The position numbers were made by a program, and so were the translations under genes. This document shows, in pieces, positions 1-9,105 of a stretch of DNA of 64,000 nt. Position 1 is the first letter of the stretch. Each line of letters begins with the position of its first letter. The DNA is from Carpediemonas membranifera BICM (Eukaryota; Protista; Fornicata). Location: positions 186,001 through 250,000 of the forward strand of contig JAHDYR010000069.1 in NCBI GenBank assembly GCA_019828565.1. Direction: 5' to 3'. The notes under the pieces were generated by a model. It made no database searches and was not told where the DNA came from. It saw only the letters and a program-made list of their open reading frames with translations.

Positions 1-367
1 GCCGACCAAGGAGCAGACGAAGCTGCTCAACCCTCTGTTTTCCAAGAAAATGAAGGGATCAGATGAGGCGGTCGAGTTCGATCCGACCTTGAAACAGGCC
101 CTCGCCAAGCTCAAGACAACCACCGCCAAGCTTTCCCGCACAAGAGATCAGCTCGCCAGGCTCTCGGGCTCTGTCACTGAGCGGGAAAGCCTGAAGACGG
201 TCGCCCTGGGGACCTCGAGGCTCAACTACCTCGACCCCCGCATCACAGTGGCGTGGTGCCGCAGAGAGGGGTTCCCCATCACCAAGGTCTTCAACAAGAC
301 GCTGCTGACCAAGTTCCCCTGGGCCCTGGATGTGCCCGCGGAGTGGGTGTTCAGGCCGGAGGAGTGA
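1..367 (+). CDS. TOP1: DNA topoisomerase IB, C-terminal part (runs off window start)
   Basis: VALGTSRLNYLDPRITVAWC motif with the catalytic Tyr, and the KFPWA end. The frame is open back to base 2. Confidence 0.95.
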   Translation, partial: PTKEQTKLLNPLFSKKMKGSDEAVEFDPTLKQALAKLKTTTAKLSRTRDQLARLSGSVTERESLKTVALGTSRLNYLDPRITVAWCRREGFPITKVFNKTLLTKFPWALDVPAEWVFRPEE

Positions 368-489
368 GTGTTACGTAAAGGCGTGGGTTATAGTAAATGG
401 CTGGTTTATGGTACATGTAACAGGCAATTCATCGCATTTGACGCCTTCATCCAGCACAGTCGTCGATTCATCATGACTGACGCCTCAAA

Positions 490-1440
490 TCACCGGCCTA
501 CTGCCATCAGAACTTCGGCAGCAGACCTGGGCTTGGCCACCTTGAAGCCTGATACCGTCGCTCCCATTCGAATGGTGTCCTCGAGCGGAACGGCGACAGG
601 ACCTTCGGGCGAGCGCTCGGGCGAGAGTAAAAGAGCGTAAGGGTCTTCATCGTCGCCCTTGGAAGCTGTTTGGTGCCTACGCGGGAAAGAGTAGAAAGGC
701 CGCAAGCGCTCCGCCCGCTGTCGTTCGCGGACGTCCTGTTCGAGACTAGACACGCCTTGACGTGTGCGTTGTATCGATCTAATGCTGGGTCTACCCGAAT
801 ATGCGGGAGAAATGTCAGCGTCCTCTGGCTTTCTTGCTCCAACGCTCCTCTCTACCGCTGAACGTCTGCTGCCGATGGTTCGACTCCCGCCAAAGGACAC
901 TGAGCCAGTGCTAGGTCTACGGCCGTTGTTCTGAGCCGTTTCGTCAGTTATAGGTGTAGCTAGCGGAGGCATGAGAGGATGGGGGGTAATGTCGTTCGAC
1001 AGCGGGCTTTTCACAACAGCGCTGCCGGTAAGGGAGGCGAGGCTTGTCTCCAGTGCCCTTATACTCCGCTGCTGATCGTCGATTACTCGTTCGTATGTTC
1101 GGACGCTGGAGCGGCACGCGGTGATGACATCCTGGGCAGCTTCGACCTCTGTTATGCGATCAGCGCGAAGAGAGGCTTCCATATCGCCAACATGCTTCTT
1201 AGAATGGCGCAAGGAACGTTGTGTCTTCTTCAACTCGGCCTCTAGGGCTGTATTTTGGGTCTCTAGTTCTCGAATTCGGGCGTGGAGCTTCATCTGTTGC
1301 CTCTTGAGGTCAAGGATGATCAGTCTGTCGTCTTCAAGAATACGTTTGATCTGATCTTTGTTGTTTAACTCGCGATCTTTCATTGTCGCACTGCTGTCTC
1401 CTGAGAACAAAACTGCGAAAACCCAATTACTGGGCGACAT
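490..1440 (-). CDS. Hypothetical coiled-coil protein (probable ATG at 1383)
   Basis: 316-aa ORF with a heptad-rich N-terminal half and a Ser/Arg/Pro-rich tail. No recognisable family. Confidence 0.7.
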   Translation of the reverse strand: MSPSNWVFAVLFSGDSSATMKDRELNNKDQIKRILEDDRLIILDLKRQQMKLHARIRELETQNTALEAELKKTQRSLRHSKKHVGDMEASLRADRITEVEAAQDVITACRSSVRTYERVIDDQQRSIRALETSLASLTGSAVVKSPLSNDITPHPLMPPLATPITDETAQNNGRRPSTGSVSFGGSRTIGSRRSAVERSVGARKPEDADISPAYSGRPSIRSIQRTRQGVSSLEQDVRERQRAERLRPFYSFPRRHQTASKGDDEDPYALLLSPERSPEGPVAVPLEDTIRMGATVSGFKVAKPRSAAEVLMAVGR

Positions 1441-1880
1441 CCGTCATCTCTTTCGGGTAGACTCAAGAGAAACCGATGACGACACGGCCGATGGCACCGA
1501 CGATAACACGGCTGAATGGAGTGGGTCAGTCACGGAGGTTCGACTCCCAGCAGTTCCGAACCTTCGCAAGGGAACTCTGTTTGACAGCTACGACCCCATA
1601 TCACCACGAGGACAACGGCATCGTAGAGACCCTCAAGTCTTTGTCTAAACGCCACAATGGGCGATATCCGTCACGATGAGTTGTAGCAGTAGATCGTGAA
1701 GGACAGAATAACGTGTGTACCTCGGAGCATGAGCTTGTCTTAGAGTGGAAGCAACTCAGACGTGCAGCTCGGAATCATAGCTTATCGCCAGCCTCGACAT
1801 TGTCACATGGTCATCCGACCGCCATCGACCTCCATCATATCCTTTATAAAAAATACCATGAGAATTGACCTCAAATACCA

Positions 1881-4800
1881 TCAAATCGCGTCCCCGCCGA
1901 CCAACGGCTCAAACGCCTCACCATCGTCATCCACGCCAAGGAACTCGATCCAATCAGCCACCTTACGAACCCGGTTGCCCACATCGTGGAAGCCGCCAAT
2001 CTCCCCCTGCTTGAACTGATGCGCTGAACCAGGGCCCAGTGCCATGTTTCTGTCTTCAAAGTTCCAGCCGCCGTAGGGTACAACGGAGATCCCATCGCCA
2101 GCGACAAGCTGAACCTCAGAGGGGGCCAGCATCTCGTCGGGCTTGAAGTCAGACTTGTATGCGGCAACAGCCTTACTGGCGTTAAAGTCGCATGACTCGG
2201 CAAAGTCGAGGCCTGACTGGGGTACGTGCCGGCCACACACGCTGATCGAGCCTTGCGACTGCTCGCAGACAATGACCTCGGAACCGCGCCAGGCAGCGCG
2301 AGTGTCCTCGAACCTGTGGCGGAAGTCGCCGTGGTGCGCCACGACGGCGGCCTCAAACTCCTCGTCCGAAATGTTAGGCATCGTCACCATCCATCCGACA
2401 CAAACTCGACCGTTGAGTGCAGCGGGGGCGTGGTCAGAATCGTACGCGATACCATTGATTGCGACGGTCAGGATGTGGCCAGTCGAATATTGCGGGGGCA
2501 TCACAAGGGTGTCGATGTTGAATGTCTTGACGCCCTCGTCAAGAGAAGGCACCTCGCGTCCGAAGATAAAGCCGCAAATAGACGTGTAGATATCGCCAGC
2601 ACGCACGAATGATCTGACAAGAGATTCGGAGATAATCAAACGATGCTCAGGCTCGTCCGACAAGAACTCTGGCACAAGGGCCTCAGCGCGAAGCTTGAGG
2701 CTCTCATTCGCCAAGACACGGGGCTGCCAGTCGGATTGTGACACGAACTGCGGCCCTGTATGGGCGCTAGTCTTGAGCGTGACAATGGACCTGCCCAGTC
2801 GGTCAGTGGTACGAACAACAGTGGCCGTAGACGCAGCCGCGGCCTGTTCTGCTTCGTGCAAGACTGCCTCAGCGGCCTGTTGCCTCTCGAGGGACGGGGC
2901 TTCGACCTCGTCGCCAAGGATGATGCCGCGCTGCTCCTGGGGGGTGAGCGCCTCCTTGGTGATGTTGTTTCGGACAGCGTAGTCTGTGAGGATGAGATCC
3001 AGGAGAGCTGCCTCCACGTCCTGCCAAGCCTCGGTGCTGTGGGAAGGCCACATGTGGCCCTGCTTGACGGGGACGGATACATCTGGACGGAGGATGGCGT
3101 GGGCCTGCTCAGCGTTGAGGTGCATGGCGCGTAGGATGAGCATGAGACGATAGAACGCCGTGCTCGTCTGTATCGCGTCCTTGTCGTTGCCGTCGGCGTC
3201 ATTCTCGGCTGTCCAATCGTCGTAGAGGTGGTACATCAGCGTGACAGGCTTAGCGGCGCTGTTAATGGCCGCATTGACGGTGTCTAGAGTGCACACGACA
3301 GCAACAGGCAGGGCAAGCTCGGTGCCGCGGATGACGGCGTTCGGATGCTCGGTCTGCACTGTTCTGAGCATGGGCTCAAGGGTGCCTTCCCTCATGACGA
3401 CGAGCTCCGTCGGGCTGATGTCCGCGGATAGATCGCGCATCATGGCTGCAACGTCCTCGGCAGCCTTGTTCTTGGCGACGATACCGACCTTGGAGAGTCC
3501 GGCGAAGGCCTCGGGGGTGACTACGCGGAGCCTGGCGATGCCAGAGCCTGGCTCGAAGCATAGAGTGGCTCCATTCATGTTGCGGCGGACGACGTTGCCT
3601 TGTGCGGTGGTTTGGAAGGAAACGCGGTTGACATGAGTGTCGTCGACGAGCCAGGCCTTGGCATCAGCGAACAGCGTGGTAACGTTGGACGATGAGAGCT
3701 TTGGCACGTTGGTGTTGTCGAGGCTGAGCTGCAGGCCGGCCTTGACCCTCTCCCGGAGAGTCAGCAGTGCGCAGTCCTCCTTCATCAGCCTGTCCATGGC
3801 TTCGGTTAGGAACGGCTTGAGGTTTGGAATCCAGTTGCCATACGCACTGTACGTGTTGTAGCATAAGTCGATGACTACGGTGACACCAGTGGCGCTGGGG
3901 TAGGCGTTGGGGTCCGTGTTTCTCTGGGTGTTGTCCCTGTGCTTTCGACCGGCGAAGAGCTGCGTGTTGTGCTGGTCGAAATCGCCCCAACGGAGCACTA
4001 CTTCGAGCCAGAAAGAGTTGACCATGCTTCGCGTGGCCGTGGCGTAGTTGATGAAGACGTCGTTGCCAGTTGGAGCAGAGATGGGGGTCATGCTGCCGGT
4101 CACCTGGAAACCACCGCCTTGGGGCTTCAGCACGATGTCGGCCTTGCCCTTCGTCAGATCGCTCGCCTTGCGCTTGTCGTTGGCATCCATCCAATTGACG
4201 ACCTCGCCGATTCCCATGGGGTTTCCCCCAGATTCGGACTTGGTCTGGTCAAGGAAAGTCATCAGATTCACCACGATCGAATCGTGGATCTTCTTCCAGA
4301 TGTTGCCGGAGAAGGTCTGGACGAGGCTGGTCTTGAGCGTGGGGATCTTGCCGTGCATGACAATACCGGTCAACTCAATCTGAACGGCGTATCCGATATA
4401 CACATCAGATCTATTAATCGTGGGCGACCACCAGAGTGTAAATCTGCGATTCGGGATCTGCGACAACCCCTGGCGCTGGGCGTTAGTGAGCTTCTTATAC
4501 TTGAGCCTCTCCTCATTAGCCGAGCTCTTCGACCAAAAGAGTCGAGTCCAGTCGGTAAACCCGGTTGCTCTGAACACAGTGTGTTCCAGAATACACTCGA
4601 TCCCGCCCAGTGCTTGGACGACGTCCGTGCGGTAGGCGTCTAGGTTGTAGAGCCGGCCGTCGTGGCGGTAGTTCGTCCAGTACATGCTGTAGTACTTCGT
4701 GGTCGTGTAGGAGCGGAGGAGGGCTCGAATACGCCAGCCGTGGTCAAAGGCGAGCGTCTGGCGGTTCTTGGTGAAGATCGTGTTGATGCGAGGCACACCA

Positions 4801-7800
4801 CGGTCGAAGAGATCTTCTAGTTCTTCGTAGGCCACGCGGCGATTCTCTCGATCGGCGGTGGCTCTGATCACGGCGTACTCGCGCCAGACTGTGGCCGAGT
4901 CATCGACCTCGGCCTCCCATGTAGCGATGTACCGTCCGAGATTAGGCACGGTCGTCTCGTCGGACGTGGTCATACCTGCCCTAAAGTGCGTGGCGTCGCC
5001 CTCTCTTTGGGTAAACCGCAGGTCCGTCTGGGGGATGAGTATGTGGCCCATAGAGAGCATGCCGAGGCCGCCTAGGTCAGTGGGGGCGAAGAACACGACG
5101 GCGGGGAACCTGTTGGGCATCTTGGTGTTGAGTCCCTTCTTGATGCGGGTCTGGATCATCGTCTCGCAACGGACGAGCATGTCGAGCATCTTCGGGCTAT
5201 TGGATATGGCCTCTCGGTAGTACGCTGCGGCTCCGAGGACGGCAGTGTTCCATCTAGAGGCGATCTTGACGAACGTAGTAGCGCCAGAGCCCATGATGAT
5301 CATGCGGATTCGGTTAAAGAAATCCTGGACTCCGTTATCCGAGACGCGGAGCATCGCCTGGCATGTCTCGCGACCTCTGAACACCCACACGCCCGGACGA
5401 TGGTCCAGGCGCTTATTCGGCAGTCGGGACTTGGGCGATAGGTTGACTTCGAAGTTGCCGAGGTCAAACAGCAAGGCAGGGTTCGTGTCAGAGTACACGG
5501 AGGCCCAGGAGCCCTCGGACCACTCTAGGGAGCATATGAGGGGGGAGACCCGGGTCTGGCACTCGGCGAAGACAGCGCGGCCGAGTAGCACGTCTGCAGG
5601 GGTGAGTCGCATCTGGCTGTCCAGGGCCCAGCACGTCTTGTTGCCGTACTGGGTGACGATCTCTGCCCGCTCGAGCTGGGAGCGTGCTAGGCGGGCCACG
5701 AGTACGTCTGCTGCCTGTGGGGGGACTCGCAGGAGTAGATACGCGGTGTCCAAGTGCCGGACGTAGTGTCTGATCTCGTGTGCTGTCTGGACGTCGACGG
5801 GGACCTTTCCATAAGCGTACGGTGCCTCCTTGGGCCCTGCGAGAGCTATGGCGCGGTCCACGCCGAGGAGCATGAGGTCTGCTACGAGGCCGAGGAGCTG
5901 GGTGACGAAGCCCGACATTTGCATGCCGGGTATGATACCCACGCTGTTCTGATAGCTGAGGCCCTTGTACTCTAGCGTTGCGTTGTACCTCGCGACAATG
6001 AATGCTGCTAGACGACGGTCCATGATTCTCTCGAGGATCGAGGTGAGAAGGTTCAGATCAATCCGCTTCCATAGGTCGTGGAGCTTGGCTTTGACAAGGA
6101 CAGTCTTGCCGCTGTCTGCGTCCCATATCCCCTCGAGCGAGCTAAACGCCGCGCAGGTCTTGTGAACTAGCACTGGGACAGGCTCGTCGTCAGAGGGCTT
6201 GACCCAGTGGGGGAAGAGGCCGCGGGCGTGGGCCTCGTGCCATAGATAATGGTCGAGGTAGGCGTCGACGATCTTCTCGGCCGGGTCGACGATGAAGGTC
6301 GGGTGGACAGCCGTAAAGTTGTCGAAAAGATTGATCCCGACTGGCTTGAACGTGCGGCCTTCGGCTAGACGCTTCTTGATACGAATGAGCTCCTCGCGCG
6401 GATTATCGAAGGCCCGCTCGATGAGAGTGAGCTCCTCGCGCTCGACGGCGTTCAGGCTCGCGTTGACGCTGAATGGCTCCTTAAGGTGTTCGAGAGCTAG
6501 CGTCAGCAGCTTCGTATCATTCGTGGAAATCTCAGTTGGCATGGGGATCCGCGTATCTTTGGATATATTGACCGAATCTTGGACCACACCTCTGCTGAAC
6601 GCCCACTGTGACACCATCATGAGGATGGGGCCCGCGTCCTTGCTGATATCAGGCGGATTGGCGCGATGTTCAATCTGCCTCGCGTGTTCCTCCTTGACAT
6701 ACAGCCTGAGGAGCCTGCCTAGGTTCTTCTTCTCGACGGCGTGGTCAACAGCGTTCCCCGCGGCTATAATAGCTCGTGCCTTGTGGGTGGACGAGACGTA
6801 GTTGTCTGCCTTCACTCGAACGAACCTGTGTATGGCCTCCTCCAGGGGCGGGGGCATACCCGGCACAGCCCACGGCCTGTTAGCCTTCCAGCATCGCCAC
6901 GCCTCTTCCGCATGAGCGAGTGTCTTGCTGATAATCCGGTCTCGATCGGGCAGGCCGGTCGGGACGATGGAGTTGAGCTCGACGATGGTCTGCTGACGGA
7001 GGGAGAGGTCGAAGTTCGCCTCAATACGCTGCTTAGTGACACGCTGGCCTGTTTGCGAGTTGTCCCTGCCTTCGAACGTGCGTGCGAGGAGGTTTCCGAG
7101 CCATCGCTCGAGGAGGGGCGTGATCCCGCGGAGGAAGGCCACCCAGACACGCCACATCGGGGCCCAGAAGCCGCACGGGGCGGCCCTGGCGTGCTTAATC
7201 GTTGTCTTCTCGCCGTCCTCGTCTACTCCCACGCTCCTAGTAGCGAGTGTCGGTTCGAACTTGTAGTATACGATGTGCTTCAGCTCTTTGGTCGCCCTAA
7301 TCTGCCGCATCGTCCTATACTTGTGGCGGTAGATGCCAGTGAGCGTGCCGACGTGCGTGAACAGGTATAGAAGGCCGTCCGCGAGCTGGTAGGCGTCAAC
7401 CCCCTCGTTCATACGGTAGCGGACGTGGGTGTCGACCAGGAACTTTGTAAATCTCATGATCTCTCGCATAAGACTGAAGGCGTTACCGAACCGAGCCCGT
7501 TTCCTCTCCTTGGTCGTTAGCGCCTTGATTGGCTTGAGTGAAAAGTTATAATCCAGGTGTAAAAAGGTCAGGTTTCTCTTATGAACCAGGAGGTTGAGTG
7601 CGTTATACCCCTGTCGACAGATCTGGAGCCCGGCCTCGACCCAGTCCAACTCAGTAGACATAAACATGCCGCTGGCCGCGAGGTCTTTGAGCCTTGACCT
7701 GTCAGAGGGTGTCTCGGATTTCGTATGGACGTCGTTAAGGACAGCCTTCTTCAACTGGCGTTGGTAGCTTCGCCTGACCTTCTTTGGGAGCCTCTCCGTC

Positions 7801-8939
7801 TGCTTGGAGAGTGTCCAGTGTGCCGTGAGATTGACGTCGACCGGCCGGACCGTTTTGCCAGATCTGGTGCTGAACGGGGCGGGTGCATGGAGGAGTGTGA
7901 ACCCATCGCCAGTGTGGTCTGGGAACGGGACTGCGGCGAGGGCTGGGGCCACGTCTATCATCTCGTCCTCCCACCCATCGTCCTCAGTGTGGTGGGGTTG
8001 GGGTGACTGCGAGAGTCGGGTGTATCTCCGGGGGAACCCTGCCACCTCATCCTCAGGGGCCCATGGGACAGGCCCTGGGCGCGGTACGTGGTCGATGAGT
8101 CTGGCGCTGTTCGGCATGGGTTTCACCCCCCTGGGCCTGTCGTTGTAAAGGTGCGGTAAATGCACCTGGTACTCGGTACGCAGAGGCCGGCGGAAGAGGA
8201 CCTTCTCTGCGGTTGAGAACTCAGACCAGTCAGCTGTGCCATCGTCCTTGTGAAGCGGTTCAAACTTTGGTCCGCCAGGCACTGCGAGGTTGAGGGCCTT
8301 GGTGTTCTCAAACGTCTGGAGGTTGAATAGGAAGGTCCTGGCGTCCATACTGGGTGCAAACTGGTGGAACGCGGCGGTGTTGAGGTAGAGCTGGAGCATT
8401 ACGTCGACCGGGAGGCGCCACGTCTTGTATGACGGGCCGTTAACAAAGGGGGTGCCTAGGAGAGGCATGGACTCGTAAATAAAGTCGTGCGGGGCGCGTA
8501 TGGGGAGTTCGATGGCGGGGGGCGGTGTGAGGGGCGCGATGATTTCGCCATAGTCGATAGGCGGCTCGTCGTCGTCAAAGACAGGGATGTTCATGCGGAC
8601 GAACGCGGGGTTGCGCTCCTTGTATTCCTTCATGGCCTTCCACGTGGCGGCCCACTGAGCCTCGTAGACGGGATCGATGACTCGGGGAACGTCCGTGAGA
8701 ATGGTGATGGCGCCGGTTTTGTGGTACATGGCGTTCACATAGCGTACTTCTTCCCATGGGAAAGGCATGTTCTCGAAGAGCTTGAGAACTGCGTGCGGGA
8801 GGAAGCGTAGGGCACCAAGATGAAGCTCACGCTCGCTGGCGTACTTCTTGCTGCTCAAATCACCACGCATGCGCATAATCTGGCGTAGATGCTCAGGCGG
8901 CATCCTAATCATCTCATTAGGCTGCTCGCTATCCGCCAT
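1881..8939 (-). CDS. PRP8: Pre-mRNA splicing factor Prp8 (U5 snRNP), divergent
   Basis: MPPEHLRQI, ENMPFPWE, LHLDYNF, KKLTNAQR.GL.QIPNRRFTLWWSPTINR and LRWGDFD motifs. Start placed at MADSEQ (ATG 8939); the extra 83 codons of the ORF overlap the spacer and the next gene. Confidence 0.97.
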   Translation of the reverse strand: MADSEQPNEMIRMPPEHLRQIMRMRGDLSSKKYASERELHLGALRFLPHAVLKLFENMPFPWEEVRYVNAMYHKTGAITILTDVPRVIDPVYEAQWAATWKAMKEYKERNPAFVRMNIPVFDDDEPPIDYGEIIAPLTPPPAIELPIRAPHDFIYESMPLLGTPFVNGPSYKTWRLPVDVMLQLYLNTAAFHQFAPSMDARTFLFNLQTFENTKALNLAVPGGPKFEPLHKDDGTADWSEFSTAEKVLFRRPLRTEYQVHLPHLYNDRPRGVKPMPNSARLIDHVPRPGPVPWAPEDEVAGFPRRYTRLSQSPQPHHTEDDGWEDEMIDVAPALAAVPFPDHTGDGFTLLHAPAPFSTRSGKTVRPVDVNLTAHWTLSKQTERLPKKVRRSYQRQLKKAVLNDVHTKSETPSDRSRLKDLAASGMFMSTELDWVEAGLQICRQGYNALNLLVHKRNLTFLHLDYNFSLKPIKALTTKERKRARFGNAFSLMREIMRFTKFLVDTHVRYRMNEGVDAYQLADGLLYLFTHVGTLTGIYRHKYRTMRQIRATKELKHIVYYKFEPTLATRSVGVDEDGEKTTIKHARAAPCGFWAPMWRVWVAFLRGITPLLERWLGNLLARTFEGRDNSQTGQRVTKQRIEANFDLSLRQQTIVELNSIVPTGLPDRDRIISKTLAHAEEAWRCWKANRPWAVPGMPPPLEEAIHRFVRVKADNYVSSTHKARAIIAAGNAVDHAVEKKNLGRLLRLYVKEEHARQIEHRANPPDISKDAGPILMMVSQWAFSRGVVQDSVNISKDTRIPMPTEISTNDTKLLTLALEHLKEPFSVNASLNAVEREELTLIERAFDNPREELIRIKKRLAEGRTFKPVGINLFDNFTAVHPTFIVDPAEKIVDAYLDHYLWHEAHARGLFPHWVKPSDDEPVPVLVHKTCAAFSSLEGIWDADSGKTVLVKAKLHDLWKRIDLNLLTSILERIMDRRLAAFIVARYNATLEYKGLSYQNSVGIIPGMQMSGFVTQLLGLVADLMLLGVDRAIALAGPKEAPYAYGKVPVDVQTAHEIRHYVRHLDTAYLLLRVPPQAADVLVARLARSQLERAEIVTQYGNKTCWALDSQMRLTPADVLLGRAVFAECQTRVSPLICSLEWSEGSWASVYSDTNPALLFDLGNFEVNLSPKSRLPNKRLDHRPGVWVFRGRETCQAMLRVSDNGVQDFFNRIRMIIMGSGATTFVKIASRWNTAVLGAAAYYREAISNSPKMLDMLVRCETMIQTRIKKGLNTKMPNRFPAVVFFAPTDLGGLGMLSMGHILIPQTDLRFTQREGDATHFRAGMTTSDETTVPNLGRYIATWEAEVDDSATVWREYAVIRATADRENRRVAYEELEDLFDRGVPRINTIFTKNRQTLAFDHGWRIRALLRSYTTTKYYSMYWTNYRHDGRLYNLDAYRTDVVQALGGIECILEHTVFRATGFTDWTRLFWSKSSANEERLKYKKLTNAQRQGLSQIPNRRFTLWWSPTINRSDVYIGYAVQIELTGIVMHGKIPTLKTSLVQTFSGNIWKKIHDSIVVNLMTFLDQTKSESGGNPMGIGEVVNWMDANDKRKASDLTKGKADIVLKPQGGGFQVTGSMTPISAPTGNDVFINYATATRSMVNSFWLEVVLRWGDFDQHNTQLFAGRKHRDNTQRNTDPNAYPSATGVTVVIDLCYNTYSAYGNWIPNLKPFLTEAMDRLMKEDCALLTLRERVKAGLQLSLDNTNVPKLSSSNVTTLFADAKAWLVDDTHVNRVSFQTTAQGNVVRRNMNGATLCFEPGSGIARLRVVTPEAFAGLSKVGIVAKNKAAEDVAAMMRDLSADISPTELVVMREGTLEPMLRTVQTEHPNAVIRGTELALPVAVVCTLDTVNAAINSAAKPVTLMYHLYDDWTAENDADGNDKDAIQTSTAFYRLMLILRAMHLNAEQAHAILRPDVSVPVKQGHMWPSHSTEAWQDVEAALLDLILTDYAVRNNITKEALTPQEQRGIILGDEVEAPSLERQQAAEAVLHEAEQAAAASTATVVRTTDRLGRSIVTLKTSAHTGPQFVSQSDWQPRVLANESLKLRAEALVPEFLSDEPEHRLIISESLVRSFVRAGDIYTSICGFIFGREVPSLDEGVKTFNIDTLVMPPQYSTGHILTVAINGIAYDSDHAPAALNGRVCVGWMVTMPNISDEEFEAAVVAHHGDFRHRFEDTRAAWRGSEVIVCEQSQGSISVCGRHVPQSGLDFAESCDFNASKAVAAYKSDFKPDEMLAPSEVQLVAGDGISVVPYGGWNFEDRNMALGPGSAHQFKQGEIGGFHDVGNRVRKVADWIEFLGVDDDGEAFEPLVGGDAI

Positions 8940-9105
8940 TTGATCAGCACTCGTGGAGTGCGCAAAACTGGCAAAATAAAACACGAGACTAGACTGGACT
9001 TGGGTGGCAACAAGATGAGCGGTGAAGCCACCAATCGTCCTAACGAAGTCCTGACTTGTTGATGAGTGACTGCGCCATCGAGTTGCAAACGCGCTCTGGC
9101 CTGGC

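Noticed and set aside
1473-1520. Two imperfect 24-nt tandem units (CCGAYGAYRACACGGCYGA)
   Set aside because: Only two degenerate copies, with no supporting context.
4500-4560. Intein at the known Prp8 insertion site
   Set aside because: The sequence is continuous through this site, with no insertion or splicing motifs.
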